Positions 20,701 through 31,788 are shown, numbered from the stretch's first letter. The stretch is 56,964 bases of DNA from an uncultured Porphyromonadaceae bacterium (GCA_947176335.1 CAMWQE010000001.1:1-56964); one strand, 5' to 3'. A program made the numbers and translations. The notes: a model not told the origin generated them from the sequence alone.

Positions 20701-21602
20701 AGCGTAGTGCCTGCATCGCGGTATGGCTGTGTTCACTCTTTGCTTTTGCGGCAAGGGGTGCGGAGTTGAACTGCAATGTAGAAATCAACGCGGACAAAGT
20801 TTCCGCCGCGTCACCGGAAACCTTCACTGCTCTAAAAGAGGCAATCACCGAGTACATGAATACCACGGCATTCACAGATGCACAATACTCGTCGGTAGAA
20901 AAAATTGACTGCAAGATATTCCTCACGGTCAATGACTACACCGATAATATTGTGTCCGGCACATTGCAAGTGCAATCTACCCGCCCGGTCTACGGTTCCT
21001 CCTATACCACTCCTTTGATTAATTACAAGGATAATGACATCAATTTCTCCTATACTCCAGGCGACAGGATAATCCACACATCCGGAGCTATAGACAGCAA
21101 CCTTGCCGCGTTGCTGGATTTCTATGCTTACTTAATCATAGCTGTTGATTCCGATTCATTTGCCCCGAAAGGTGGTGACAGAATGTATGAGGCGGCTACG
21201 GAGGTGGTGCAACTTGCAAGGAATACTGGAGAGAAAGGCTGGAGGGCGATTGACGACCAACGCAACAGGGCATCTCTTCTGGCGGCGGTAACGGAAGGCA
21301 GTTCCTCCGCGATTCGGAACATTTATTATGATTACCATCGTAAAGGCTTGGACGTTATGTCCGTGAGTCCGGATAAAGGTCGCGCGGCTATCACCGAAGC
21401 ATTGAAATCGCTGCCCGAAATCGCTGCTGCCTCACCCATGTCCGCAGTCCTTCCACTGTTTCGTGATGCAAAACTTGATGAGCTTGCAAACGTTTATTCT
21501 AAAGGACCGCTTGACGAGCGGAAAGACATATATAATCTCCTCATTGAGATATATCCGACCGAGGCGAGGAAAATAGAATCTATTAAAGAATCTAAAGATT
21601 GA
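20697..21602 (+). CDS. DUF4835 family protein (PorD-like, T9SS-associated)
   Basis: ELNCNVEIN start, QVQSTRPVYGSSY, YHRKGLD; position between coaBC and recN. Confidence 0.8.
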   Translation: MKRSACIAVWLCSLFAFAARGAELNCNVEINADKVSAASPETFTALKEAITEYMNTTAFTDAQYSSVEKIDCKIFLTVNDYTDNIVSGTLQVQSTRPVYGSSYTTPLINYKDNDINFSYTPGDRIIHTSGAIDSNLAALLDFYAYLIIAVDSDSFAPKGGDRMYEAATEVVQLARNTGEKGWRAIDDQRNRASLLAAVTEGSSSAIRNIYYDYHRKGLDVMSVSPDKGRAAITEALKSLPEIAAASPMSAVLPLFRDAKLDELANVYSKGPLDERKDIYNLLIEIYPTEARKIESIKESKD

Positions 21603-21607
21603 ACGGA

Positions 21608-23269
21608 ATGCTTGAAACCCTCCATATATCGAATTACGCGCTCATAGACAGCATTGACATCGCCTTTGAGCCGGGACTAAACATAATTACCGGTGAAACC
21701 GGAGCCGGAAAATCAATCATGCTCGGGGCGCTCTCCCTGCTTCTGGGGGCACGTGCCGACATGAAATCAGTGCGCCATCCCGAAAAGAAAACCATTATTG
21801 AAGCGGTTTTCTCTATCGGTGAATTTCCCGCGCTTAAAATTTATTGTGAACAGAACGACATTGAATGGGATGACACAAGGTGTATCCTCCGCCGCGAGCT
21901 TTCACCGGCAGGACGCTCAAGGGCGTTTGTAAATGATTCACCGGTGCCATTGGCTAAACTGGAAGCGGTTGCGATGCAGCTTATTGACATTCATTCCCAA
22001 CATCAGAACCAATTGCTTGCGCGACCGGAATTTCAGCTAAAAGTACTTGATAATCTTGCCGGGAATGATGAACGTTTGGCACGTTACACTAATTTGTTCA
22101 CCTCGTTCCGTGATGCGCTCAAAAAACTCAAAATCGCCAAGGCACGCATAGAGCGCACGCGCACCGATGAGGACTTCACCCGCTATCAGCTTGAGCAGCT
22201 TGATGCACTAAACCTACGTCCGGGCGAGCAGGAAAATCTTGAGCGCGAGCGCGATGTAATGACAAACCTTACCGAGCTCAAAGGATTCTTGTCTGATGCG
22301 CTTCAAGCACTTGGCGAAGCACCACGAAATGTCCTTTCGCTTATATCAGAGGCGACCGACGCATGCGTCCATCTTGACACTTTATTGGATGAAAAAGACA
22401 GGATTCCCGAGCGCCTCGAAGCTGCCGCTATAGAGTTGCGCGACATTACCGACACACTTGCTGCGGCAGACCGTGACCTTGCCGCAGACCCTGCGGAGCT
22501 TGATGCAATCGAATCACGCCTTGATGAAATATATTCCCTGGAGCAAAAACATAAAGTTGAATCAGTAGAAGAGCTAATTGAGCTCCGCGAAAAGCTCCGT
22601 GACAGACTTGACGCGCTTGACAATAGCGATACCACAATCTCCACCCTTGAAAAAGAAGCACGGCGCGCACTTGCATTGGCACGCGAGGCGGCAGCAGAAA
22701 TTTCTGCTGCGAGAAAAGAAGCAGCCGGCAACCTTTCCGCACAACTCACACAGCTTGCAATTCCCCTCGGCATGAAGAACCTGCAGGTTGAAGTAGCGGT
22801 TGAGCCCGCTGAAATATCCGGTACGGGAACAGATAAGGTGGAATACCGATTCGCTTTCAATAAAAACCAGGCACTGATGCCAGTTGCCGGAGTTGCTTCC
22901 GGAGGTGAGATTTCACGTCTGATGCTTTGCCTCAAAACCATAATTGCCGGCAAAATGAGCCTGCCTACAATAATATTCGATGAAATAGACACCGGAGTAA
23001 GCGGTGATGTCGCAGCGCGGATAGGAGCAATGATGCAGCAGATGGGCAATGCCATACAGGTGATTACAATTACCCACTTGCCGCAGGTTGCTGCAAGAGG
23101 CAACGCACATTTCAAAGTTTACAAGGAAGATGACGATAGTGCTACCCATACAAGGGTATCGCAGCTATCCGATGAGGAGCGTGTCGGCGAAATTGCACTG
23201 ATGCTGAGCGGTAAGACCGATGACCCGGCGGCAAGGGCTACAGCACAATCACTTTTGCAAAACAATTAA
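21608..23269 (+). CDS. recN: DNA repair protein RecN
   Basis: TGETGAGKS, DIHSQH, ASGGEISR, IFDEIDTGVSG, ITHLPQVAA; ATG at 21608 preferred over TTG 21599. Confidence 0.96.
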   Translation: MLETLHISNYALIDSIDIAFEPGLNIITGETGAGKSIMLGALSLLLGARADMKSVRHPEKKTIIEAVFSIGEFPALKIYCEQNDIEWDDTRCILRRELSPAGRSRAFVNDSPVPLAKLEAVAMQLIDIHSQHQNQLLARPEFQLKVLDNLAGNDERLARYTNLFTSFRDALKKLKIAKARIERTRTDEDFTRYQLEQLDALNLRPGEQENLERERDVMTNLTELKGFLSDALQALGEAPRNVLSLISEATDACVHLDTLLDEKDRIPERLEAAAIELRDITDTLAAADRDLAADPAELDAIESRLDEIYSLEQKHKVESVEELIELREKLRDRLDALDNSDTTISTLEKEARRALALAREAAAEISAARKEAAGNLSAQLTQLAIPLGMKNLQVEVAVEPAEISGTGTDKVEYRFAFNKNQALMPVAGVASGGEISRLMLCLKTIIAGKMSLPTIIFDEIDTGVSGDVAARIGAMMQQMGNAIQVITITHLPQVAARGNAHFKVYKEDDDSATHTRVSQLSDEERVGEIALMLSGKTDDPAARATAQSLLQNN

Positions 23270-23280
23270 TCATCATAACC

Positions 23281-24033
23281 ATGAGCGAAGACTATATTTT
23301 CGGTATAAGAGCCGTTATCGAAGCAATTCAGGCGGGCAAAGATATTGACCGCGTATATATAAAAAAGGATCTTTCCGGTGAACTTGCATCAGAACTGTTT
23401 GATTTGATGCGCAAGCACCACATTGTAAGCCGCCGTGTGCCGGTGGAGCGCATAAATAAAATCACCAGAAAAAATCATCAGGGTGTCGTTGCCCTGCTCT
23501 CAGCCGTCACTTACGATTCCCTTGACCGGGTAATTCCTGAATTATACGAAGCAGGCGTTCTCCCATTTATTGTTGTGCTCGACGGAGTTACCGATGTCCG
23601 CAATTTCGGCGCAATTGCGCGCACATGCGAATGCGCCGGAGTTGACGCAATTGTAATTCCTACACACAATAGCGTGAGTGTCAATGCCGACGCTGTCAAA
23701 ACCTCGGCAGGAGCACTTCATCATCTCCCCGTTTGCCGCGAGTCAAGCACACTTGCCGCTGTCAAGCAGCTCAAAAACAGTGGATATAAGATTGTTGCTG
23801 TGACTGAAAAAGCTGATATAAATTATACACTTACCGACTATACTGTGCCGGTGGCACTTGTACTCGGAGCGGAAGACACCGGAATATCACCGGAAATACT
23901 CCGTCTCAGCGACATATTCGTGTCTATTCCGATGTTTGGCAAAATTGGTTCGCTTAACGTATCGGTTGCAGCCGGAGTAACCATATATGAGGTGGTTCGC
24001 CAACGCCTGAACGCTGACATGGAGCCGGTATGA
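23281..24033 (+). CDS. rlmB: 23S rRNA Gm2251 2'-O-methyltransferase (TrmH family)
   Basis: NHQGV, LDGVTDVRNFGAIAR, GAEDTG, SLNVSVAAG. Confidence 0.9.
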   Translation: MSEDYIFGIRAVIEAIQAGKDIDRVYIKKDLSGELASELFDLMRKHHIVSRRVPVERINKITRKNHQGVVALLSAVTYDSLDRVIPELYEAGVLPFIVVLDGVTDVRNFGAIARTCECAGVDAIVIPTHNSVSVNADAVKTSAGALHHLPVCRESSTLAAVKQLKNSGYKIVAVTEKADINYTLTDYTVPVALVLGAEDTGISPEILRLSDIFVSIPMFGKIGSLNVSVAAGVTIYEVVRQRLNADMEPV

Positions 24034-24218
24034 ACAACAATTTAAAATAAATATCCCACCCAATTCCCAACGATTCTCTCTATGCGGCAGGGGAACAGGA
24101 CATGTTCCCCTGTTTATCTGTTTACAAACCTGTTAAGGTCTACTAAAGTATCAAAAGGTATTTTTAAGGAGCAATGCGCCACGGAGATTATTTCGTATCT
24201 TTGCAGGCTGCAAAAGAA

Positions 24219-25517
24219 ATGAAATATCTCCGTGCTATCATATATCCTGTGCTTTGCCTATGCCTGAACTTCAGCGTCATGGCGTTGGATGTGCGCCTTA
24301 CCGGTGCGGGGAGCAGCAATGCAATAGCTTTGGATGCACCCGCCGCTTCCGGACTGGGGAGGCTCTTTGTTGTCCCGTCCGCAGAAACTCTTGGCTTGGA
24401 AGCCAACGGCACAAATGGAGATGTACTGTGGTATAAATTTGATGCGCGTGGCGCGGCATACGCGGAAGCTGTCACTAAATCATTATCCCTCGAATCAGTG
24501 TCCGGAGATTGCGGATATATACTCGAGGAGGGAAATAATCGGATTTACATCTGGATTGTTGACTATTCTAAATCCCCGATGACTGACGGCGTTATTGAAG
24601 TGGTGGATAGTGACTGCGGCACGACAACGCTTAGATATACCGGTAATGCTCCGCGACTCACATATTATGGCATAACCGGGAGGCAGCTTGAAATTGACCG
24701 CGAAATAGCCCTATCGAATTTTAATCTTGAGCCAAATCCAGAGAATCTTACATTCCGGCAGATAACGGATACCCGCTCCTTGCCATATCTTCATCAGACC
24801 ATTGCAGTTCCCGCTCCATTGTGTTCCACTCGCTTTACCCTTTCCGGAGACCGTTTTTTAAAAGCCTGGGGTAAAGAAATCTCCGTTGAAAGCGAGGTAC
24901 TTCACCCCGAGGCAGTAGAAGCGGTTGTCAATGTTAGTCAAGTTGAGCGGGAGGCATCCAACGAACAAAAGACATCCGGTACCTCTTTCGGTGGGTCGGC
25001 ACCGGTTGAGATGCGACTCCGTGCCGCAGTGACGGATGCTGCGCTTTTTACCGAATGGCAGATTGCCTCAGATGCTGAATTTAATGATATAACCCTCCGG
25101 GAACAGTCTCCAGAATGGGATTATACTTTCAATGACAGCGGCACCTCATACATCCGGTTCGTATGCGCCAATGCATCCGGTTCATGCGAGTGGGACAGTG
25201 ACATCTATACCGTGTCAATAGGTGAATCTCGGCTAAGGTGTCCCAATGCATTCTCTCCCGGAACTTCGGAAGGTATAAATGACGAGTGGAAAGTCAGTTA
25301 CCGTTCGATTATTGAATTTGAATGCCACATATTCAACCGCCTAGGAGTCAAGATTGCCGATATCAATAATCCGGCGCAGGGCTGGGATGGAAAATACAAA
25401 GGGCAATATGTAAAGCCGGGAGTTTACTATTATGTGATAAAAGCCATTGGAGCGGATGGAAAACGATATAACCTGAGCGGAGACATCAATATTGTCGGCA
25501 CCAGCTCCCGTAATTGA
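24219..25517 (+). CDS. Secreted protein with T9SS type B (gliding-associated) C-terminal domain
   Basis: PNAFSP..GINDEW, IFNRLG, GWDG, GVYYYVI; signal peptide from ATG 24219; TATCTTTG at 24196-24203. Confidence 0.85.
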   Translation: MKYLRAIIYPVLCLCLNFSVMALDVRLTGAGSSNAIALDAPAASGLGRLFVVPSAETLGLEANGTNGDVLWYKFDARGAAYAEAVTKSLSLESVSGDCGYILEEGNNRIYIWIVDYSKSPMTDGVIEVVDSDCGTTTLRYTGNAPRLTYYGITGRQLEIDREIALSNFNLEPNPENLTFRQITDTRSLPYLHQTIAVPAPLCSTRFTLSGDRFLKAWGKEISVESEVLHPEAVEAVVNVSQVEREASNEQKTSGTSFGGSAPVEMRLRAAVTDAALFTEWQIASDAEFNDITLREQSPEWDYTFNDSGTSYIRFVCANASGSCEWDSDIYTVSIGESRLRCPNAFSPGTSEGINDEWKVSYRSIIEFECHIFNRLGVKIADINNPAQGWDGKYKGQYVKPGVYYYVIKAIGADGKRYNLSGDINIVGTSSRN

Positions 25518-25542
25518 ATATAAACTAAAAAAACAATATGAT

Positions 25543-26454
25543 ATGAAAGCGATACACTTTATAATATTAGCGATTGCGCTCGGATGCGCTACAGCCTCGG
25601 CACAGCAGCCAGTTCCAAACCCTACTATACCTAAACAGGTCACTTTTGCCGGACAGGCTGTCAACCTCGATCGTGCGGACATGTACGAGCGGTATGACCG
25701 CGAACTGACTTCAATGGCATATACCCATGGTAATACTTTGCTGACATTGAAGCGCGCTAACCGTTATTTCCCGGTAATGTCCCCGATTCTCAAACGCTAT
25801 GGCGTTCCGCAGGACCTCCTTTATCTCGCCTGCATAGAAAGCAACCTTAATCCCCGTGCCCTTTCTCCTGCAAAGGCTGCGGGGCTGTGGCAATTCATTC
25901 CGGTTGCTGCGCGGCAATACGGGCTTGAAGTGAATGAATTCGTTGATGAGCGTTATAATCCGGTAAAGGCTACAGAAGCCGCATGCAAGATGCTTAAAAG
26001 CTTGAAAAACAAATTCGGCAATTGGGAGAGCGCGGCAGCTGCATACAATGCCGGAGCCGCACGAATTTCGCGTGAACTTGAATCACAGGGGGTGAATACC
26101 GCCTTTGACCTTTACCTGCCTGATGAAACATCACGCTATATGTTCCGCCTGCTGGCAATGAAAGAGATTATGGAGAATCCCTCCAAATACGGCTTCAAGC
26201 TGAAAGCCGACCAGCTATACCATAACATTGATTGCAACACAGTGACTGTGTCAGGTCCTGTGGAAGACTGGGCTGCATGGGCTCGTAATCACGGCACCAA
26301 CTTCATGACCCTCCGTGATCTGAATCCATGGATTCGAGCAAAAAGCCTCCCCAATAAAACCGGCAAGACCTATCAGGTACTTGTTCCTAAAAAGAACGCA
26401 CTCTCCAGAAGCGCACAACCCATTAAACCGTACAACCCCAAATGGACATACTGA
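25543..26454 (+). CDS. Lytic transglycosylase (SLT/MltD-like)
   Basis: IES, AAGLWQF, AYNAG, ETSRY motifs; signal peptide from ATG 25543. Confidence 0.9.
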   Translation: MKAIHFIILAIALGCATASAQQPVPNPTIPKQVTFAGQAVNLDRADMYERYDRELTSMAYTHGNTLLTLKRANRYFPVMSPILKRYGVPQDLLYLACIESNLNPRALSPAKAAGLWQFIPVAARQYGLEVNEFVDERYNPVKATEAACKMLKSLKNKFGNWESAAAAYNAGAARISRELESQGVNTAFDLYLPDETSRYMFRLLAMKEIMENPSKYGFKLKADQLYHNIDCNTVTVSGPVEDWAAWARNHGTNFMTLRDLNPWIRAKSLPNKTGKTYQVLVPKKNALSRSAQPIKPYNPKWTY

Positions 26455-29300
26455 ATACCAAACATACAGGCAGCAACGAAAGAAACCTGACAGTCCTGGG
26501 GGCGAGGGTAAACAACCTCAAGAACATTGATGTAACAATACCTCACAACTCCCTCACTGTCATAACCGGTTTAAGCGGAAGCGGCAAATCATCGCTTGCC
26601 TTCGACACGATATATGCCGAAGGTCAGAGACGTTATATAGAGACATTCTCGGCATATGCCCGCAATATGCTCGGCAATATGCAGCGTCCTGACGTTGACA
26701 AAATAGAAGGACTCAGCCCCGTAATTGCTATCGAGCAGAAAACGGTCAACCGCAATCCGCGAAGCACCATTGGCACTACTACTGAGATATACGACTTCCT
26801 CCGCCTGCTTTATGCCCGTGCGGGAGAAGCGCGGAGTTACATTTCCGGCGAAACGATGGTGAAATATACCGAAGAAAAGATTGTCGATTTAATCCTCAAT
26901 CGCTACGAAGGTAAAAAAATCTACGTCCTCGCCCCACTTGTCAAAAACCGAAAAGGCCACTACAAGGAGCTGTTTGAAGCACTCGGTAAAAAAGGCTACC
27001 TCAATGTGAGAGTCGACGGTCAACTTACCGAAATCACGGCAGGAATGAAAGTGGACCGATACCGTAACCACTCCATCGAGCTTGTCATCGACCGCTTGAA
27101 AGTTGCGGCGAAAGATGATGCCCGTCTGCGCGAAACCGTTACAGAAGCGCTGCGTCAGGGCGACCGCGAACTGATGATTTACGATGTGGACAGCGACACA
27201 GTAAGCCACTACAGCCAGCATCTTATGGATCCAGCCACCGGACTGTCCTACCACGAACCTGCCCCGCATAATTTCTCCTTCAATTCCCCACAAGGAGCTT
27301 GCCCCTGCTGTAAAGGGTTAGGATATGTGAATATCGTGGACAGGGAGAAAGTGATTCCAAATCCGGCACTCTCTATCCGTGCCGGAGGTATCGCTCCTCT
27401 CGGCAAATTCCGAAACTCAATGGTGTTCTGGCAAATCCAGGCTTTATGCGAAAAGCATGGCTATACTCTCGACACTCCCATGTCAGAGCTCAGCGAAGAG
27501 GCGTTGTCGGAAATACTGAATGGCACAAACGAGCGCCTTGTAATCAAGAACGAGACCTTATCGACAAACAATTATTTCCAGACCTACGAAGGAGTCATAA
27601 AATATATAGAGCTGCTCCAAAACGAGGAGGAGATTGCAGGAAGCCAGAAATGGAGTGAACAATTCTATTCACGCGCCACCTGCCCCGAATGCGGCGGCGC
27701 AAGGCTCAACCGCGAGGCACTTCATTATTTTATTGACGGTAAGAATATCGCCGACCTGTGCCGGATGGATATAGCCGCGCTATACGAGTGGAGTAAAAGT
27801 GTTGAGAGCCGCCTGTCTCCTACCCAATCCTTTATTGCAAAAGAAATATTAAAGGAGATTCGTGCGCGACTCGGTTTTCTTGTCGATGTCGGGCTCGGTT
27901 ACCTTTCGCTTGACCGTAATTCCTCTACTCTTAGCGGCGGGGAAAGCCAGCGCATACGTCTTGCGACCCAGATAGGTTCAGAACTTGTAAACGTACTTTA
28001 CATACTTGATGAGCCGAGTATCGGACTGCACCAGCGCGACAACCGCCGCCTGATTGACTCGCTGAAAAAGCTTCGTGACGCATCAAACTCGGTCATTGTT
28101 GTTGAACATGACAAGGACATGATGCTTGACGCGGACTATATCGTGGATGTCGGACCTAAAGCGGGACGCAGAGGTGGTGAGGTGGTTTTTCAAGGCACAC
28201 CTGAGAAAATGATGAAAAGCGGAACCCTGACTGCGGAATACCTCAATGGCGACAAATGCATTGCTGTACCATCAGCCAGGCGCGAAGGCAATGGAAAAAA
28301 ACTTACGCTCAAAGGAGCTACAGGAAATAATCTCCAGAATGTAACTCTGGCAATTCCTCTCGGCACCCTGACCTGCATCGCCGGAGTGAGCGGGAGCGGC
28401 AAATCATCACTGGTCAACTCGACCCTACGCCCCATTCTTTCCAAGCATTTCTATCGCTCGCATGAAATGCCACTCCCCTACGAATCGATTGAAGGAATAG
28501 AAAACATCGACAAGGTAGTGACTGTGGACCAATCGCCACTCGGCAAATCGCCTCGTTCCAATCCTGCTACGTACACCGGAGTTTTCACCGATATCCGCAA
28601 CCTCTTTGTCGACCTGCCTGAATCAAAAATCAGAGGTTACAAGCCGGGGCGTTTCTCATTCAATGTCAGCGGAGGGCGATGCGAAACCTGTGGAGGAAAC
28701 GGTTACCGCACTATAGAGATGAATTTCCTACCTGATGTGCTTGTGCCGTGCGAAACCTGCGGAGGCAAAAGATATAACCGTGAGACACTTGAAGTGCGCT
28801 TCAAAGGAAAATCAATTGCCGATGTACTTGACATGACAATCAACCAGGCGGTGGAATTTTTCGCGAATGTGCCGGCTATACTTAAGAAAATCAAGGTACT
28901 CCAGGACATAGGTCTCGGCTATATCAAGCTCGGGCAACCATCATCTACCCTCAGCGGAGGAGAAAACCAGAGGGTTAAGCTTGCTACTGAACTTGCAAAA
29001 CGAGATACCGGAAACACCCTTTTCATACTTGACGAACCTACTACCGGACTTCATTTCGAAGATATCAATACGCTGCTCGGAGTATTCAACCGGTTGGTTG
29101 ACAAAGGCAACACTGTGCTTGTGATAGAACACAACCTTGATGTGGTTAAAAGTGCCGATTATGTCATAGATATGGGACCGGAGGGTGGAGCTGCTGGAGG
29201 ACACATCATTGCAACAGGTACACCTGAAGAGATTGCATCCGGAGATTCGCCCACTGCAACATTCCTTAAGGAGGAACTTGAATTAAGTAAACGGCGATAA
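26442..29300 (+). CDS. uvrA: Excinuclease ABC subunit A
   Basis: Two GxSGSGKSSL Walker A, two LSGGE signatures, CxxC zinc motifs. Confidence 0.97.
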   Translation: MDILNTKHTGSNERNLTVLGARVNNLKNIDVTIPHNSLTVITGLSGSGKSSLAFDTIYAEGQRRYIETFSAYARNMLGNMQRPDVDKIEGLSPVIAIEQKTVNRNPRSTIGTTTEIYDFLRLLYARAGEARSYISGETMVKYTEEKIVDLILNRYEGKKIYVLAPLVKNRKGHYKELFEALGKKGYLNVRVDGQLTEITAGMKVDRYRNHSIELVIDRLKVAAKDDARLRETVTEALRQGDRELMIYDVDSDTVSHYSQHLMDPATGLSYHEPAPHNFSFNSPQGACPCCKGLGYVNIVDREKVIPNPALSIRAGGIAPLGKFRNSMVFWQIQALCEKHGYTLDTPMSELSEEALSEILNGTNERLVIKNETLSTNNYFQTYEGVIKYIELLQNEEEIAGSQKWSEQFYSRATCPECGGARLNREALHYFIDGKNIADLCRMDIAALYEWSKSVESRLSPTQSFIAKEILKEIRARLGFLVDVGLGYLSLDRNSSTLSGGESQRIRLATQIGSELVNVLYILDEPSIGLHQRDNRRLIDSLKKLRDASNSVIVVEHDKDMMLDADYIVDVGPKAGRRGGEVVFQGTPEKMMKSGTLTAEYLNGDKCIAVPSARREGNGKKLTLKGATGNNLQNVTLAIPLGTLTCIAGVSGSGKSSLVNSTLRPILSKHFYRSHEMPLPYESIEGIENIDKVVTVDQSPLGKSPRSNPATYTGVFTDIRNLFVDLPESKIRGYKPGRFSFNVSGGRCETCGGNGYRTIEMNFLPDVLVPCETCGGKRYNRETLEVRFKGKSIADVLDMTINQAVEFFANVPAILKKIKVLQDIGLGYIKLGQPSSTLSGGENQRVKLATELAKRDTGNTLFILDEPTTGLHFEDINTLLGVFNRLVDKGNTVLVIEHNLDVVKSADYVIDMGPEGGAAGGHIIATGTPEEIASGDSPTATFLKEELELSKRR

Positions 29301-29379
29301 ACGAAACCTATAAAAGCTTAAAGCGGGAAACCGGGACATTCTGATAATTGTTTTTAGTGCAGAAACAACTAAAAACAAT

Positions 29380-29952
29380 ATGCCAATGAATACAATTATC
29401 AATCAGAATGTACCCGAATTCTCCGTACCTGCTTTTGTAAACGGTGAATTTAAGACAATCAGCAATGCTGATATAGCAGGAAAATGGGCGATTTTCTTCT
29501 TCTACCCTGCCGACTTTACTTTCGTATGCCCTACCGAACTTCTCGATATGGCTGAGAATTACGACAAGTTCCGTGAACTCGGTGCAGAGGTTTACGCTGT
29601 AAGCACCGATACCCAGTTCACACACAAAGCATGGCACGACAGCTCGGAGAGCATCGCCAAAGTGAAATTCCCCATGCTCGCCGACAAGACCGGCGCGCTT
29701 AGTGAGGCATTTGGAGTACTTAATCCCGAAGATTTCCTTGCTTACCGTGGCAGCTTCATTGTTAACCCTCAGGGAGTGATCAAAGTTGCTGAAATCAACG
29801 ATAACGGTATCGGCAGAAACAGCGAGGAGCTTCTCCGCAAGCTTGAAGCTGCACAATTTGTTGCAGAGCACGGTGATCAGGTGTGCCCCGCACGTTGGAA
29901 GAAGGGGGACAAGACCCTTAAACCTGGCATTGAACTCGTAGGAAAAATCTAA
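29380..29952 (+). CDS. ahpC: 2-Cys peroxiredoxin
   Basis: FFYPADFTFVCPTE and VCPARW motifs. Confidence 0.94.
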   Translation: MPMNTIINQNVPEFSVPAFVNGEFKTISNADIAGKWAIFFFYPADFTFVCPTELLDMAENYDKFRELGAEVYAVSTDTQFTHKAWHDSSESIAKVKFPMLADKTGALSEAFGVLNPEDFLAYRGSFIVNPQGVIKVAEINDNGIGRNSEELLRKLEAAQFVAEHGDQVCPARWKKGDKTLKPGIELVGKI

Positions 29953-29976
29953 CGACAGGTCACATTACCCTATATC

Positions 29977-30009
29977 GGCGGGTACGATTTTTATCGCATC
30001 CGCTTTTTT
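29977..30009 (+). terminator. Intrinsic terminator after ahpC
   Basis: GCGGGTACGAT...ATCGCATCCGC plus T run. Confidence 0.7.
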
Positions 30010-30086
30010 ATACACCCACATTGCTCTTTCTTCGCAATAAATGCCTAACTTTGTGGTATAAACATTTCTAATGCCAACTTAAATCT

Positions 30087-31733
30087 ATGTCTTTACGATT
30101 CATTTCACGAGCCCTTGCAGGACTCCTTCTAATCGGCGCGACAGCAGCAAACGCTGCCGATATCATTCCGTTGCCTTCATCCATGACCAAAGGCACCGCA
30201 ACTTTCACTTTCCCGGTTGAAACAACATTCTCGGTCCCCGCTTTTGAAGGTGACAGTGTGGCAACGCTTTTCAACAATATGCTCCCCGCGCTTGAAAAGG
30301 CTACCGGAGCGAAACTAAAGCAGGCTGCCGGCAAAGCTGACATTTCCCTCGCCATTGACCAATCCATTGCTCCGGAAGGCTACATTATGAATGTTACTCC
30401 CGCCGGAATCGTCGTTACTGCATCACGCCCCGCCGGATTTTTCTATGCTTTGCAGACACTCCAGCAGATGCTTCCGGTTGTCGCATCACAGCCTGCAACC
30501 CTCACAGAAGTGACAATCGCCGATACACCCCGCTTCGGCTGGCGCGGATTCATGCTTGATGAAGGCCGTCATATTTTCGGCAAGGATGAAGTCAAGAAAG
30601 TCATTGACATGATGGCGCTCTATAAAATGAACCGCCTTCACTGGCATCTCACCGAGGACCAGGGATGGAGAATCGAAATTAAAAAATATCCCAAGCTGAC
30701 AGACGTCGGTGCTACCAGAAGCAGCACATCGCTTGGCTGGGGCTCATTTAACACCGACACAATCCCCTACTCCGGATATTACACTCAGGACGATATCAAG
30801 GAGATAGTTGCATACGCTAAAGATCGCTTCATTGAGATTGTTCCGGAAATCGACATACCCGGACACACTCAGGCAGCAGTCGCCGCTTATCCTGAGATTC
30901 TCGCATGTGACCCAGAGAATCCTCATGAAGTATGGATAATGCAGGGAGTAAGCCCGGACGTGATGAATGTTTCCAATCCTGCGGCAGTGCAGTTTGCAAA
31001 AGATGTGATTGACGAACTTATCCCCTTGTTTCCCTACGGTTACCTGCATCTCGGAGGTGACGAATGCCCCACAACCAAATGGGAACAGAATGACGCTTGT
31101 AAGGCTCAGCTCGACAGCATAGGTTCTACAAACTACCGTGACCTGCAACTCAACTTCTACAAGGAACTTGTGAAACATCTCGCCGCAAAACCGAAAGCGG
31201 ACCAGCGCAAACTCATTTTCTGGAACGAAGTTCTTCATGGAAATACCGACATGCTGCCTCAGGACATGACTATCATGGCATGGGTCGGAGCTGACAAAGC
31301 TGCTAAAGAAGCTGCTACAAAAGGACTCACAACTATCCTCACCCCGCAGATACCTTATTATATTAACAGGAAACAGTCGCCTCTCGCCGGCGAACCAATG
31401 TCACAGGGTTGGGGTACTGAAACCCTTGAAGCCGTTTACAACTATGTGCCCATGAAGGACATCCCTGCTGAACTTGCTGACAAATACATGGGAGTGCAGG
31501 CTAACTTCTGGTCTGAGTATGTAATGACTCCGGAGTTCCTCGAATATCTCATGCTTCCCCGCCTTGTTGCAGTTGCCGAAGCCGCATGGACTCCGCAGGA
31601 CAAGCGCAACTATGAGGATTTCCACAAACGTATACGCTCACACGAAGATATTTTCCAGGCTAAAGACTGGAACTATGCCCGCCATGCATTTGCAAAAGAA
31701 GTATGCAACAAATGCAAGGGTGAACAGAAATAA
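30087..31733 (+). CDS. GH20 beta-N-acetylhexosaminidase
   Basis: WRGFMLDEGRH, HWHLTEDQGWR, PEIDIPGH, HLGGDE; signal peptide. Confidence 0.94.
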   Translation: MSLRFISRALAGLLLIGATAANAADIIPLPSSMTKGTATFTFPVETTFSVPAFEGDSVATLFNNMLPALEKATGAKLKQAAGKADISLAIDQSIAPEGYIMNVTPAGIVVTASRPAGFFYALQTLQQMLPVVASQPATLTEVTIADTPRFGWRGFMLDEGRHIFGKDEVKKVIDMMALYKMNRLHWHLTEDQGWRIEIKKYPKLTDVGATRSSTSLGWGSFNTDTIPYSGYYTQDDIKEIVAYAKDRFIEIVPEIDIPGHTQAAVAAYPEILACDPENPHEVWIMQGVSPDVMNVSNPAAVQFAKDVIDELIPLFPYGYLHLGGDECPTTKWEQNDACKAQLDSIGSTNYRDLQLNFYKELVKHLAAKPKADQRKLIFWNEVLHGNTDMLPQDMTIMAWVGADKAAKEAATKGLTTILTPQIPYYINRKQSPLAGEPMSQGWGTETLEAVYNYVPMKDIPAELADKYMGVQANFWSEYVMTPEFLEYLMLPRLVAVAEAAWTPQDKRNYEDFHKRIRSHEDIFQAKDWNYARHAFAKEVCNKCKGEQK

Positions 31734-31760
31734 AGAAATAGTTTAATCCACACTATCCTA

Positions 31761-31788
31761 AAAAGGCTGCGGCATGCCGCAGCCTTTT
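31761..31788 (+). terminator. Intrinsic terminator after GH20 gene
   Basis: AAAAGGCTGCGGCATGCCGCAGCCTTTT palindrome. Confidence 0.8.

Noticed and set aside
24086-24112. CAGGGGAACA...TGTTCCCCTG hairpin as REP-like repeat
   Set aside because: Single copy seen; best explained as terminator after rlmB
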